DNA of 64,000 nucleotides from Candidatus Spongiisociaceae bacterium (GTDB lineage Bacteria; Actinomycetota; Acidimicrobiia; Spongiisociales; Spongiisociaceae): NCBI GenBank assembly GCA_965213975.1, contig CBDCAR010000001.1, positions 32,134 to 96,133 of the forward strand, read 5' to 3'. Shown piece by piece: positions 44,617 to 53,433 of this stretch (position 1 is its first letter; each line of letters starts with the position of its first letter). The notes under the pieces were generated by a model. It saw only the letters and a program-made list of their open reading frames with translations, ran no database searches and was not told where the DNA came from. The position numbers and the translations under genes were made by a program.

Positions 44617-47037
44617 TTATTCGGCGACGGGTGTCGTCTGGGCCGCCTGGTCCGACGCGGCGTCCACAGGCATCACGTTCACCAGCCCCACCCGGTTCCG
44701 GACGTCGCGCATCAGGCACACACCCGTGTCCAAACTTTCGATCATGCGCACATGGGCAGCCGACGGGTCTTTCACTCCCAGCGACCGCAGCGCCGTTTTG
44801 CCTGCCCCCTCGCCTTGGCGGAACAGCATCCGGTTCCCGAACAGGGCGCTCAGGCGGGGGTCGCCCAAATCGTCGGGATGCTGGGACATCAGCCAAGCCG
44901 CCGCGTTATGTTTCCGCCCGTCCCGCACCAGCTCCGATATCAGCTGCGCGCCGCCCTGGTGGTGCGTGAACGCCCACGCTTCGTCGAAGAGGGCGGCGGC
45001 GAAAACTGACGGGTCGGACACACAGAAGCGGCGGGCCACCCCAGCGATCACATACAGCAACGCCTGGCCGACGATCTGTTCTTTCGATATGTCAGCGTGG
45101 AGGGCCGGGTTGGCCAGCTGCTCCGCCGACGGCAGCGACAAACCGGCCAGGCTGAACACGATCCACCGTCCGTCCAGGCGGAGCGGTTCCCGGTCGCGGG
45201 CGAACACCACCTGGGCGATGTCGTCCTTCGCTATCAGACTCAGCTGCCGCCACAAGCGGGCCGCCCCCGCCCGCGCCCCAGCGTCGTGGCCCTTGTCGTC
45301 TCTCAGTTTCCCCAAATAGTCGACAATGTCGGAGATGCGTCCCCCGTCGGGGACGGTCGCGTCGGCGGCCAGCTCGATCAGGGCGGCCTCATCCGACCGT
45401 GAACTGACCCCCGCGACGGACACCAGGAACCCGACCGCGAACCGTGACCGCTCCGACACGTTGGCGAACACGCGGCACGGGTCCATCGAGAAGCCTGCCT
45501 GATGGTCGACCCGCACGACCTGCACATAGTCGTCGGGAAACGCTTCGGAGAACTGCACATACTCGCCCCGCTGGGTGCGGTCCACTACTACCACCCGGCC
45601 GCCGCGGTGGACCGTCCCGTAGCCGACCTGTTTGATCGCGTACGACTTGCCCGACCCCAAATTGCCGGTGATTATCAGACTGCCCGACCGGTCAATGGAC
45701 GCCCCATACGCCGCGTCGAAGAGGACCGGACGGTGCGACCAGGCGTCCGCGTTCACGCCCAACAGTTGGCCTTTCGGGTCGCCGACGTCGGTCTCCGCGA
45801 ACGGCATACCCGTCGCCAGAGCCTCAGGCAGGTAGAACTGGGCGTAGTCGCGGAGGACGCGGGGGGTCGGGCCTCCGGGCAGCATGTGCAGGTACAGGGC
45901 ACGTTGACGGCCCGCGGGCCGCGGGACCGTCCACTCGGCTGTCTCCAGGCCGTCACGGAAAGTGGCCGCCCGCTCTTCTAGGGAGGTCAGGTCGCGGGCG
46001 GACACACAGAAAGTCATCGCGCAGCGCAGCAGCGGGTCGCCGGACTGTGACAGCTCCTCGCGCAGCGACCCCGCCTGGTCCGCGCCGCGCTGGACTTCTG
46101 GGGGGACGTCCGTCGCGTTCGGGTACTCACCGAACTGGAACTCCAGCTTGCGGGCCTGTTTGCCCGCCGTGACCCGAGCTTCGCGGTTCGCGGTGGGGAT
46201 GATAAGCGCCGACCAGTCCACCGGGAACGGGAAACGGTGCGCCCCCAGCCACCATTCGCCTCCCCCGTCGGGGAACCCCCACGACAGCGGAACCCGCGAC
46301 GCGCACAGGAACGTCTGATACGACACCCCCGCCTCCGTCTCGACCCGCAGATACCGGCGGTGGAACGGACGGTCCTCGTCCGACGCCCGCCCGCCCTCCG
46401 TGAACAGCGCGTTGACGACCGGCCGTACCGACTGCTGGCCGTCCGTGTCGGGGATGCCCGACACGGTGACAGGAGCGACCCCGCCGCGGTAAGCGGCCCG
46501 CACGTACAGCCACCACATTTCCTTCGCCGACGCTGGGCGTACCGCCACCTGCGACGCGTTGAACACCCTGGCGAAGTCGTCGGCTATCCGCTCGGCGCGG
46601 GCTACGACCTTCGGGTTCGGCGGCCGCGGGACGTAGCCGACCGCGGCGGAGAGGCGGTTCTTCAGCGTGAACCGCGACCCCATATCGACCCACACTGCCA
46701 CATAGAAGTGACGTTCCCACGTCTCCTGGCCGCCTGTCATCAACGTGGCGTGCTCCGCCGCGTACCGTGCCCACCCCGCCGAAGCGGCCGGCCCCGCCCC
46801 TTCCGCGATTCGGGTGGACAGCAGCTGCGGGTCGGTCGGTTCGCACACCGACAGGATCATCCAGGGGCGTTCCTTCACCGACGCTACCGCCCGTCGGATG
46901 CACTGCATCCAACTGTGCTTCTCGTCGGAGGAAAGATGAAGGTACGACAGTGGGTCTTCGACACGGAAGACGGCGACGGTGCCGCCGTAATGGGACCAGA
47001 CCAGATGCCCGTGGCTGGCCGCCGGGGGGTATCTCAC
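44617..47037 (-). CDS. virB4: VirB4-like conjugation ATPase (TcpF/ConE type)
   Basis: Walker A TGNLGSGKS, Walker B LFDEAW, RDGRKHN; GTG start overlaps the tcpE stop. Confidence 0.9.
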   Translation of the reverse strand: MRYPPAASHGHLVWSHYGGTVAVFRVEDPLSYLHLSSDEKHSWMQCIRRAVASVKERPWMILSVCEPTDPQLLSTRIAEGAGPAASAGWARYAAEHATLMTGGQETWERHFYVAVWVDMGSRFTLKNRLSAAVGYVPRPPNPKVVARAERIADDFARVFNASQVAVRPASAKEMWWLYVRAAYRGGVAPVTVSGIPDTDGQQSVRPVVNALFTEGGRASDEDRPFHRRYLRVETEAGVSYQTFLCASRVPLSWGFPDGGGEWWLGAHRFPFPVDWSALIIPTANREARVTAGKQARKLEFQFGEYPNATDVPPEVQRGADQAGSLREELSQSGDPLLRCAMTFCVSARDLTSLEERAATFRDGLETAEWTVPRPAGRQRALYLHMLPGGPTPRVLRDYAQFYLPEALATGMPFAETDVGDPKGQLLGVNADAWSHRPVLFDAAYGASIDRSGSLIITGNLGSGKSYAIKQVGYGTVHRGGRVVVVDRTQRGEYVQFSEAFPDDYVQVVRVDHQAGFSMDPCRVFANVSERSRFAVGFLVSVAGVSSRSDEAALIELAADATVPDGGRISDIVDYLGKLRDDKGHDAGARAGAARLWRQLSLIAKDDIAQVVFARDREPLRLDGRWIVFSLAGLSLPSAEQLANPALHADISKEQIVGQALLYVIAGVARRFCVSDPSVFAAALFDEAWAFTHHQGGAQLISELVRDGRKHNAAAWLMSQHPDDLGDPRLSALFGNRMLFRQGEGAGKTALRSLGVKDPSAAHVRMIESLDTGVCLMRDVRNRVGLVNVMPVDAASDQAAQTTPVAE

Positions 47038-47429
47038 CGCGACGGTGGGGGAGCGCGGTCGACGAACCGGACCCGCTGACGGCAGCGGCGGGCGAGGACC
47101 CACTCGGGGATCCCCGGTTTCGGTGTGCGGGTGGCCACCACCGACGCGACCACCACCAGCGGGTTGCGGCCTTCGTTCCCGACCAGCGCCAACGCGGACG
47201 CCAACACGTAGGGGACGGCGAGAGCGATCACCACCTGGACGAGCGCCCACGGTTCCCCGATCCAAGCCACCCAGAAGCGGCGCGTGTAGAACATGGCCAC
47301 TAGCAGCCCCGCGAAGGTGCCAGCCTGCGGCAGTGTCCACGGTGTGGGGAGGCGGATGTCCCCGAAGTGGCTGATGACGATACGGTGCCGCATCGTTTCG
47401 GTGTAGTTCCAGTATTGGCGCTGCGACAC
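47034..47429 (-). CDS. tcpE: TcpE-family conjugal transfer membrane protein
   Basis: Y...I.HFGDIRLPTPWTLPQ followed by two TMs; directly upstream of virB4. Confidence 0.75.
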   Translation of the reverse strand: MSQRQYWNYTETMRHRIVISHFGDIRLPTPWTLPQAGTFAGLLVAMFYTRRFWVAWIGEPWALVQVVIALAVPYVLASALALVGNEGRNPLVVVASVVATRTPKPGIPEWVLARRCRQRVRFVDRAPPPSR

Positions 47430-47440
47430 CCCTCCGCCCC

Positions 47441-47791
47441 CTATGCGTCCGGGTCGGCGAACAGAGAGTCGGCTAGTTCGCCTGGCCGACTCACGGTGGG
47501 CACAAGCGGATCAGCGGGGGTCCGCTGGTCGGGGGACAGCTCACCACTAGCGGTGGTGTCAGTGAACAGCGCCAACAGCAAGTCTATGCCCGAGTCGGAA
47601 GTGATCCAGAACGCGGCGGCAGCTAAACCCAGGTACTTGGCGACCTGCGTGAAACGGGCCGTGGTGATGCTGCCGTCGCCCCAGAACGTTTGGAACATTC
47701 TCCACACCAACAGGCAGAGGAGCAGCACCCGGAAGACGGACCATACGGTGCCGACAGGCCCCGGCCCCGTCACAGGCGGCGTGTCGCCCAC
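47441..47791 (-). CDS. Small two-TM protein (VirB2-like position)
   Basis: Two hydrophobic helices; upstream of tcpE. Confidence 0.5.
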   Translation of the reverse strand: MGDTPPVTGPGPVGTVWSVFRVLLLCLLVWRMFQTFWGDGSITTARFTQVAKYLGLAAAAFWITSDSGIDLLLALFTDTTASGELSPDQRTPADPLVPTVSRPGELADSLFADPDA

Positions 47792-47794
47792 TGC

Positions 47795-47968
47795 TCACAG
47801 TCCCCACAGCACCGACACCCCGACAACAGTTAACGCCACCCCGGTGGCGAGCACCGCGGCTGACGTGTCCCGCTCCTGCCGCCACCACCATCCCACAACG
47901 AACACCAAAGAGCACGCCACTACAGCAACTCGCCCCCACCCTGTCAGCATCGTCAACAAATCAACCAT
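47795..47968 (-). CDS. Small two-TM protein, first gene of the conjugation operon
   Basis: TACAAT -10 at 47976-47981, 7 nt before ATG 47968. Confidence 0.55.
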   Translation of the reverse strand: MVDLLTMLTGWGRVAVVACSLVFVVGWWWRQERDTSAAVLATGVALTVVGVSVLWGL

Positions 47969-48169
47969 GGGGGCTATTGTAGCAGTAGGCACAACTGCGG
48001 CTGTTGGCCGACCGCAGAAGAGTGAGGTCCGTATCGGCCGGCCAACACACCGCTCGCTATAATAGGCGAATCTTCCGGTTCGGGCGATCCCGACGACTGC
48101 TTTCCAGCACACCGCCGACCGCGTATGCGAATGGCGTGGCGGTCGTCTGCCTAGCAGCGGCCAGTGCGC

Positions 48170-48388
48170 CTACCAGCCTTGTACTCGTCGCTCCCCGTCC
48201 ATGTCGCCTCCTTCTATGTGCCTGCGGAGATAGTCGAACTCGGCTTAGGAGAGCCGCAACGGACTTCGGCCTTCTAGCCACTCGGCGACCTTTTTGCGGT
48301 CGTCCCTGAAAAGGCCAACCAACCACTCTTTCCGGTACGCCGCCTGCACATTCCACGCTGGGGTGTCGGAGATGGGGTCCAGAGTCAT
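48170..48388 (-). pseudogene. Small hypothetical gene with internal TAA
   Basis: MTLDPISDTPAW...PLRLS*AEFDYLRRHI...; stop at 48245-48247 interrupts a protein-like frame. Confidence 0.5.
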
Positions 48389-48397
48389 GGTCTCACC

Positions 48398-48589
48398 TCA
48401 CTGGGTAGGGAACTCGCTGGTCTGGCAGGCATCCCTCATACATGGCCGACACAACCGTTGGGTCGACCCGTCCGCGTAGTAGAAACGCGCGGGGTGAATG
48501 TCCTCGGCGGTGCCGCAGTTGGCGCAGCGGTCGCCAGTTTCGGGCGGGCTGAGCATCACCGCGACGGGTTCGGCGATTGGGTGGCTCAT
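48398..48589 (-). CDS. Small Zn-ribbon protein
   Basis: CANC...CRPC; AAAGGGG RBS. Confidence 0.65.
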   Translation of the reverse strand: MSHPIAEPVAVMLSPPETGDRCANCGTAEDIHPARFYYADGSTQRLCRPCMRDACQTSEFPTQ

Positions 48590-48591
48590 TG

Positions 48592-48946
48592 TCAGCCCCT
48601 TTCAGGCGTGGTAGCCGAGCGGCTTCCTGGGTCAGCAGCTGGTACCCACGCTTCCAGATAGGTGGCGAGGGTGGCACCCTCTTCGTAGGCGGGGTTCTCG
48701 TCCAGGTATTCGTCGTCCAAGTCCAGCCAGGCGTCTCGACTCGGGCCTTTCAATAGGGATCACGGGGCCGACCGCGGTCTGAGTCATCCGAGCGATCCTG
48801 TCGGTCTGGTTGAACGCCTGGCGGACGATCTGCCAGCCGGGCCAGGCCACCTGGTCGGTGGCGATGGGGATAGCGGAGGGGGAGAAATCGACTCTCTCCA
48901 AACTATACGTCGCCTCCGTCGTGGTGATAGTGTCGAAGTCCGACAA
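48592..48946 (-). pseudogene. Hypothetical gene with frameshift ~48750
   Basis: After the shift the frame reads LLKGPSRDAWLDLDDEYLDENPAYEEG...* and stops 2 bp before the next start. Confidence 0.5.
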
Positions 48947-48994
48947 CGGGTGCCTCCCCCTTTTGTCCAGATGTTGTTCCCTTATACTAGGTGC

Positions 48995-49558
48995 ATGTCT
49001 TCGCGTTTGAGCGCGCCGCCGACCGCGTTTGTGTTTGGAGTGTTAGTCGTCTGCCTGGTAGCGGCCGGCGGCTACCTCATCACCGACGCCACCGTCCAGG
49101 CCGTCGCCTGCGACCCCGACACCAGCCGCGAACACCACCGACAGGTCACAGACGACACCCACTCACGGTTCGCCGCCCTCATCGAACGCCACGGAACGGC
49201 GTTAGACGACCCCGCCCAACTCGACGCCCGCATAACTGTCTGGAACAACGCCGCAACACTGCACGCCCAGCTGGTCCCCTTCGCGGACCAAGGCGAATAC
49301 CTAGGTCTACTCGCGGAGCGGAACCACACACTGTCAACGCTCCTAGACGCAATGCGGAACCGTGTAGCACGCGGGGAAGGGTTCAGCGCACACGCTGCGT
49401 CGTTCGCGGCGAATCTCGACTGGCCGCTGGACAGAGCAGACCGAGTGATATCACTGCTCGCCTGCGACTGGCAGCCACCCGACGACACCACTGCGGCGAC
49501 GCCGAGCAACGACGTTACAGAACTGTACGCTGACGCCCCCGAACACTCACACATATAA
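48995..49558 (+). CDS. Hypothetical exported protein
   Basis: TATACT -10 at 48983-48988; N-terminal TM; Cys pair. Confidence 0.65.
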   Translation: MSSRLSAPPTAFVFGVLVVCLVAAGGYLITDATVQAVACDPDTSREHHRQVTDDTHSRFAALIERHGTALDDPAQLDARITVWNNAATLHAQLVPFADQGEYLGLLAERNHTLSTLLDAMRNRVARGEGFSAHAASFAANLDWPLDRADRVISLLACDWQPPDDTTAATPSNDVTELYADAPEHSHI

Positions 49559-49574
49559 GCCAGAGAGACGAACG

Positions 49575-50501
49575 ATGACCGCCGATAACGCCAGCAAGCC
49601 CGACGTTTCCGAGCCATGTGGATGCCGCCGCGTCTCCGGGAAGGCCACCTTATGCGACGAACACACAGAGGCGGTCGCCGCCTACAAAAAGGGGCTACAT
49701 GAAACAACGCATCGACTCCGGCGGCGTCTAAAACTGGCCCGTCGGGTCGCCTGGGCGGTAGCGGCAGCCGTCACGTTCGCTGCGCTGGTTCTGCTACCAC
49801 TCGCCTACGTCAGCGGACAGAAACCCGACACCGTCCCCCCACCAGCCGACGGGGGCGGGTACGCCGACGTAGGCGAACTCCACGCCGCCGCCGTCGCCCG
49901 ACTCGCCCCCACCGGGATCTTCGACCACACCGACTGCGAACCCACCGCCACCCGCTTCTGCCCAGGCGACCCCATCACCCGCCGCGACCTGGCCACATGG
50001 CTAGTCCACGTCATGTTCGGCGGGAACCGGACAGGCACAGAACACGGCGACACCGCCTTCGCGTTCGCGCCCACCACCTACACCGACATCCCCCCCAACG
50101 TAGGCTGGTCCGCCGACGCCGACCTCCTCGGCGCACTCAACGTCGCCACCCCATGCGACACCGCAGGGGAGCGGTTCTGCCCCGACCGGACCATAACCCG
50201 CGCCGACGCCGCCGCGTGGGTCGTCAACGGCACACTCGGGGGAGAAACGTCGCCCCTCGCGGACGATGCCGTATTCGTCGACCTGGTAGGACAGCCGCAC
50301 GCCCCAGCGGTGAACCGTCTAGCCGAAGGAGGCATCGTGTCCGGCTGCGTCGCGTCCCGGTACTGCCCCGACGACGCTATCACCCGCGGGCAGGCAGCAC
50401 TCGTCTTCGCACGCGTCCTAGGCCTGATACCCCCCGTCGTCTCCTACAACGACGGCAGATGCGGCGGGTCGTGGTGGTGGTCCTGGCTGCCCTGGTGCTA
50501 G
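49575..50501 (+). CDS. S-layer homology (SLH) domain membrane protein
   Basis: Three SLH-type repeats (FCPGDPITR, FCPDRTITR, YCPDDAITRGQAA) after a TM helix. Confidence 0.88.
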   Translation: MTADNASKPDVSEPCGCRRVSGKATLCDEHTEAVAAYKKGLHETTHRLRRRLKLARRVAWAVAAAVTFAALVLLPLAYVSGQKPDTVPPPADGGGYADVGELHAAAVARLAPTGIFDHTDCEPTATRFCPGDPITRRDLATWLVHVMFGGNRTGTEHGDTAFAFAPTTYTDIPPNVGWSADADLLGALNVATPCDTAGERFCPDRTITRADAAAWVVNGTLGGETSPLADDAVFVDLVGQPHAPAVNRLAEGGIVSGCVASRYCPDDAITRGQAALVFARVLGLIPPVVSYNDGRCGGSWWWSWLPWC

Positions 50502-50610
50502 AAGCCGCATCCCAGTCACTCACGACCCCGGCAGCGTCACATGCCAGCACTGCCAGCTCACCGAGTCATACAAAGCCGCCGCCGAACTGTCACGCCGATA
50601 ACCGAACTGG

Positions 50611-50890
50611 AAGGGACAAGACCATGACCATTAACACCGACTACGAGACCCCCACGGATCGGCTTATCCACCGAGACTGCGGAGGCAGGGTACGCAGGCA
50701 TGATAAGAAGTGGGACCCCGAGGCGCGCCAATTCGTCGATGCCAGGCTCATCCACGCATGCGACTGGGACGGTAAGCGGGTAGCGGTCAAAGACATCATC
50801 GACGCAGGCAACATTTACGACGGCTACTACCCGACCAGCTAACCGACCAAAGGGGACAAGATCATGAACGACAGAAGGGACAAGACAATG
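50611..50890 (+). repeat. Start-associated motif A(A/G)GGGACAAGA(C/T)(C/A)ATG, three copies (fourth at 14605-14620, minus strand)
   Basis: Copies at 50611-50626, 50851-50866, 50875-50890. Confidence 0.8.
50624..50842 (+). CDS. Small hypothetical protein
   Basis: 72 aa after the start motif; HxxC and HxC residues. Confidence 0.65.
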   Translation: MTINTDYETPTDRLIHRDCGGRVRRHDKKWDPEARQFVDARLIHACDWDGKRVAVKDIIDAGNIYDGYYPTS

Positions 50891-50903
50891 GCTAGGACGC
50901 TTC

Positions 50904-51152
50904 ATGGCTGACCACTGTCACTGCCACAAACCCTGGGAGGGTACGCGGTACGCACATGAGCCCTATCCGCTGTTCACAACCGCGGACATCGGACGAGTAA
51001 CCAGCACACTCCCGTCCCATGCGGGTCGGCATGGCATCGCCGACGGGGAGGTCCGCTGCATATGCGGATCCACGCTGCACGTCAGTGACCCACACGGCGA
51101 CGAGACCGCTGTCGTATGCTGCGCTGCCGACCGGGACGTGGCTACCGTCTGA
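50904..51152 (+). CDS. Small Cys/His-rich hypothetical protein
   Basis: HCHCH, CICG, VVCC. Confidence 0.5.
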   Translation: MADHCHCHKPWEGTRYAHEPYPLFTTADIGRVTSTLPSHAGRHGIADGEVRCICGSTLHVSDPHGDETAVVCCAADRDVATV

Positions 51153-51204
51153 TGGGAAGTCCCCCGACCTTCAAGGGCGCACTGTGAGTTCTGCAGCCAA
51201 GGTG

Positions 51205-51441
51205 ATGATGCCCCGACCCATGCTGTTCCGCTCCGAAGAGGAGCTCCTGTGGTACGACGTGTGGGCCGAACCCGACGAAAAGAGCCCTGAACGCTGGGTT
51301 GTGGCCCGACTACCCGTTGGCGGTTCCCCAACAGGCCCGGAACTGGCTGCCGGACACGACGGGAGGCCCCTGTTATGGGCGGACGCTGCCTCCGCCTTAG
51401 ACGACACCCTGCATGCCGCTGCCGCCTGGCAATGGGCTTAG
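51205..51441 (+). CDS. Small hypothetical protein
   Basis: Protein-like C-terminal part of ORF 51019-51441. Confidence 0.5.
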   Translation: MMPRPMLFRSEEELLWYDVWAEPDEKSPERWVVARLPVGGSPTGPELAAGHDGRPLLWADAASALDDTLHAAAAWQWA

Positions 51442-51451
51442 AGGGGCTTAA

Positions 51452-51505
51452 GGCAGACGCTACAGAACAGTATGCCCAGAGTGTCAACTCAGGTATATAA
51501 GCCCC
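51452..51505 (+). repeat. Junction repeat resembling the TnpB right-end terminus
   Basis: ...GTCAACTCAGGTATATAAGCCCC vs element GTCAACCCAGAGATATAAGCCCC; also matches 6323-6358 and 11471-11510. Confidence 0.75.
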
Positions 51506-51529
51506 TTAGGGAATGAGCCATGAGACGAG

Positions 51530-51811
51530 ATGAAAGTCCTTGATCTGCTTCGGGTCCACAAGCCGATCTTGGTAGAGCGTTTCGATGTGACCGAGCTTGC
51601 CCTCTTCGGTTCATTCGCACGCGACACGGCCGACGAGAACAGTGACATCGACGTGCTAGTCAGGTTCGCGGGGACGGCCACAGCAAGGCCCTACTTCGGG
51701 GTGCTGTTCTACATCGAAGACCTGACGGGTCGTCCGGTGGACCTGGCGAACACGAAGTTCCTGCGGCCCGAGCTGCGACCCTACATCGACCGAGAGAAGA
51801 TAGTCATCTGA
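51530..51811 (+). CDS. MNT nucleotidyltransferase (MntA-like antitoxin); no HEPN partner follows
   Basis: LFGSFARD..SDIDVLV, DLTGRPVDL. The likely original start ATG 51520 (MRRDE) is shifted by one extra A. Confidence 0.88.
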   Translation: MKVLDLLRVHKPILVERFDVTELALFGSFARDTADENSDIDVLVRFAGTATARPYFGVLFYIEDLTGRPVDLANTKFLRPELRPYIDREKIVI

Positions 51812-51817
51812 CCCTGC

Positions 51818-51928
51818 CTTACGAGAGATACCTTCCCAATATCTCTCATACGGGCAGAGTCGTCTACTTGAAGTGCTGGGACAACGCAGCAACACCAACC
51901 CAACGAACCCCGCCAAATATCTCTCATA
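51818..51928 (+). other. Putative tyrosine-recombinase site 2, co-linear with site 1
   Basis: CTTACGAGAGATA-N9-TATCTCTCATA plus accessory TATCTCTCATA at 51918-51928; ungapped 111-bp alignment to the reverse complement of 15680-15790. Confidence 0.8.
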
Positions 51929-51965
51929 ATACGCGAAGGTTCGAGTCGCGCCGTATGATCCCAGC

Positions 51966-52199
51966 ATGAGCAACCACTTCTTGCCTACTCCCGACGACCT
52001 TGGCGGCCGTCCGGTCAGCTACGAGATCGAACGACACGCCAACGGCAGCATCGACAGATACGCGACCGAGCGGGATGAGGTAGAACGCCTGGTTCGCTCC
52101 CTCACCGAGCGCTACGGACCCGAGTCCGACCATTGGCACCTTGATAGCGGCGGCTCCGGCCCTGTGCTAGTCGTCCATCTGACGATCAAGGAAGAGTGA
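51966..52199 (+). CDS. Hypothetical protein
   Basis: TATGAT -10 at 51954-51959; 77 aa. Confidence 0.65.
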   Translation: MSNHFLPTPDDLGGRPVSYEIERHANGSIDRYATERDEVERLVRSLTERYGPESDHWHLDSGGSGPVLVVHLTIKEE

Positions 52200-52311
52200 G
52201 GCGACCGCCCACGTCGTCCGTGCTGCCACCCGTAAGTTCGGACTCTCCGAACCCCATCGTGTCGGCGGCGGCTGCTGCTGACTAACCGTACAAACCTTTA
52301 GACTTCGCAGC

Positions 52312-52671
52312 ATGATTTCTCGAGTAGTCGGTGTCGGACCGTTAGACGGGTACCGCATATGGGTCCGCTTCGACGACGAAGTGGCAGGCGAGATCGACCT
52401 GGCCGAATACGTTGATCTGGATAAACCCATGTGGCAGCCGTTGAAGGACCGCCAAGTGTTCGAGACGGTCCGGGTCGGCCAGTTCGGGGAAGTCGCCTGG
52501 TACATACCAGGCTGCGAGCGGCAGGGAGTGGACTTGGGTTCGGACTCGTTGTACATGGAACTGACCGGTCTGACAGAAGACGAGATGGCAGAAAAGTGGG
52601 GAATCAAACCGCCCAGCCGTTATCGGCAGTGGCGTCGCCGACGGCGGTTCAATGCTGGTCAGTTGAGATAG
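52312..52671 (+). CDS. DUF2442 protein
   Basis: YRIWVRFDDEVAGEIDL, FETV.V..G.VAW, DLGSDSLY; TAGACT -10. Confidence 0.88.
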   Translation: MISRVVGVGPLDGYRIWVRFDDEVAGEIDLAEYVDLDKPMWQPLKDRQVFETVRVGQFGEVAWYIPGCERQGVDLGSDSLYMELTGLTEDEMAEKWGIKPPSRYRQWRRRRRFNAGQLR

Positions 52672-52919
52672 CCCGGCTCAGTAAGGGGCACATCAGCATC
52701 CGTCTGTATAAGGGTGACCATCCGCCGCCGCATATTCACGCGGTCGCAGCAGGCGACACCATTTCGGTCGACATCAGGAACGGCAACATAACGGCAGGAC
52801 GCCTTCCGCCGAAGCTGGCGAATCAGGTGTTGGACTATGTAGTACACCATTAGCAGGAGTTGTTGGACGCGTGGGCTGATTACGAGCGTGGTGTGACCCC
52901 TGGACGGTTAGACCGCTAA
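52652..52919 (+). pseudogene. DUF4160 gene with 5' frameshift and internal TAG
   Basis: EIARL..ISIRLYKGDHPPPHIHA...VVHH*QELLDAW...; TAG at 52851-52853. Confidence 0.85.
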
Positions 52920-52948
52920 CAGCGGAGTTTCCACAGAGCAACAGCCTG

Positions 52949-52976
52949 TTGTCCTATAAGTTACATTATGTAAAGC
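52949..52976 (+). other. dif-like XerC/XerD site (11-6-11)
   Basis: TTGTCCTATAA-GTTACA-TTATGTAAAGC; by hand 7/11 and 9/11 matches to B. subtilis dif arms ACTTCCTAGAA and TTATGTAAACT; AT-rich island between convergent genes. Confidence 0.75.
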
Positions 52977-53058
52977 TGTGATATCCCGGAAGTCCTAGCG
53001 AGCACCCAAGACCCTGGAGAGGGCCACGCTGGGGTTCCGCGCTACAGGCCTGCCGCTT

Positions 53059-53433
53059 CTACACGGCTTCCGCTGCATGTACCTGTTCGTGAGCGTCGAT
53101 CTCACGAGCTGTGACACCGCGGCCTTCCCGGCGGGCCAGCAGCCATCGGCCCAACGTCCGGGCATTGTATGTGCAGGGGACGCCAGCGAGCATGGCGTCG
53201 ACCCCGATGTCTTCGTCCAGGTCGGGCCAGTGTATCGCCACGCCGTCGCCTATCAGCTCCCAATTGTCACGTTCGGCGGGTGTCCCGTCGCACAGCATCG
53301 GGTACCATTCCAACGGGACGGTCAGCGTCCGCCCGTCCCAGAGCCACACCTTCACAGCCCGGTCCAGGACCTCCACTTTGACCGCGCGGGGATAATCCGT
53401 CGTCATCTCGCTGCTATTCGCCGAATCGGTCAT
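53059..53433 (-). CDS. DUF2442 protein
   Basis: VWLWDGRTLTVPLEWYP.L...IHWPDLDEDI. Confidence 0.9.
   Translation of the reverse strand: MTDSANSSEMTTDYPRAVKVEVLDRAVKVWLWDGRTLTVPLEWYPMLCDGTPAERDNWELIGDGVAIHWPDLDEDIGVDAMLAGVPCTYNARTLGRWLLARREGRGVTAREIDAHEQVHAAEAV

Noticed and set aside
47038-47340. Extended N-terminus of VirB4 given by the ORF track
   Set aside because: It overlaps tcpE in another frame; GTG 47037 overlapping the tcpE stop is the more plausible start.
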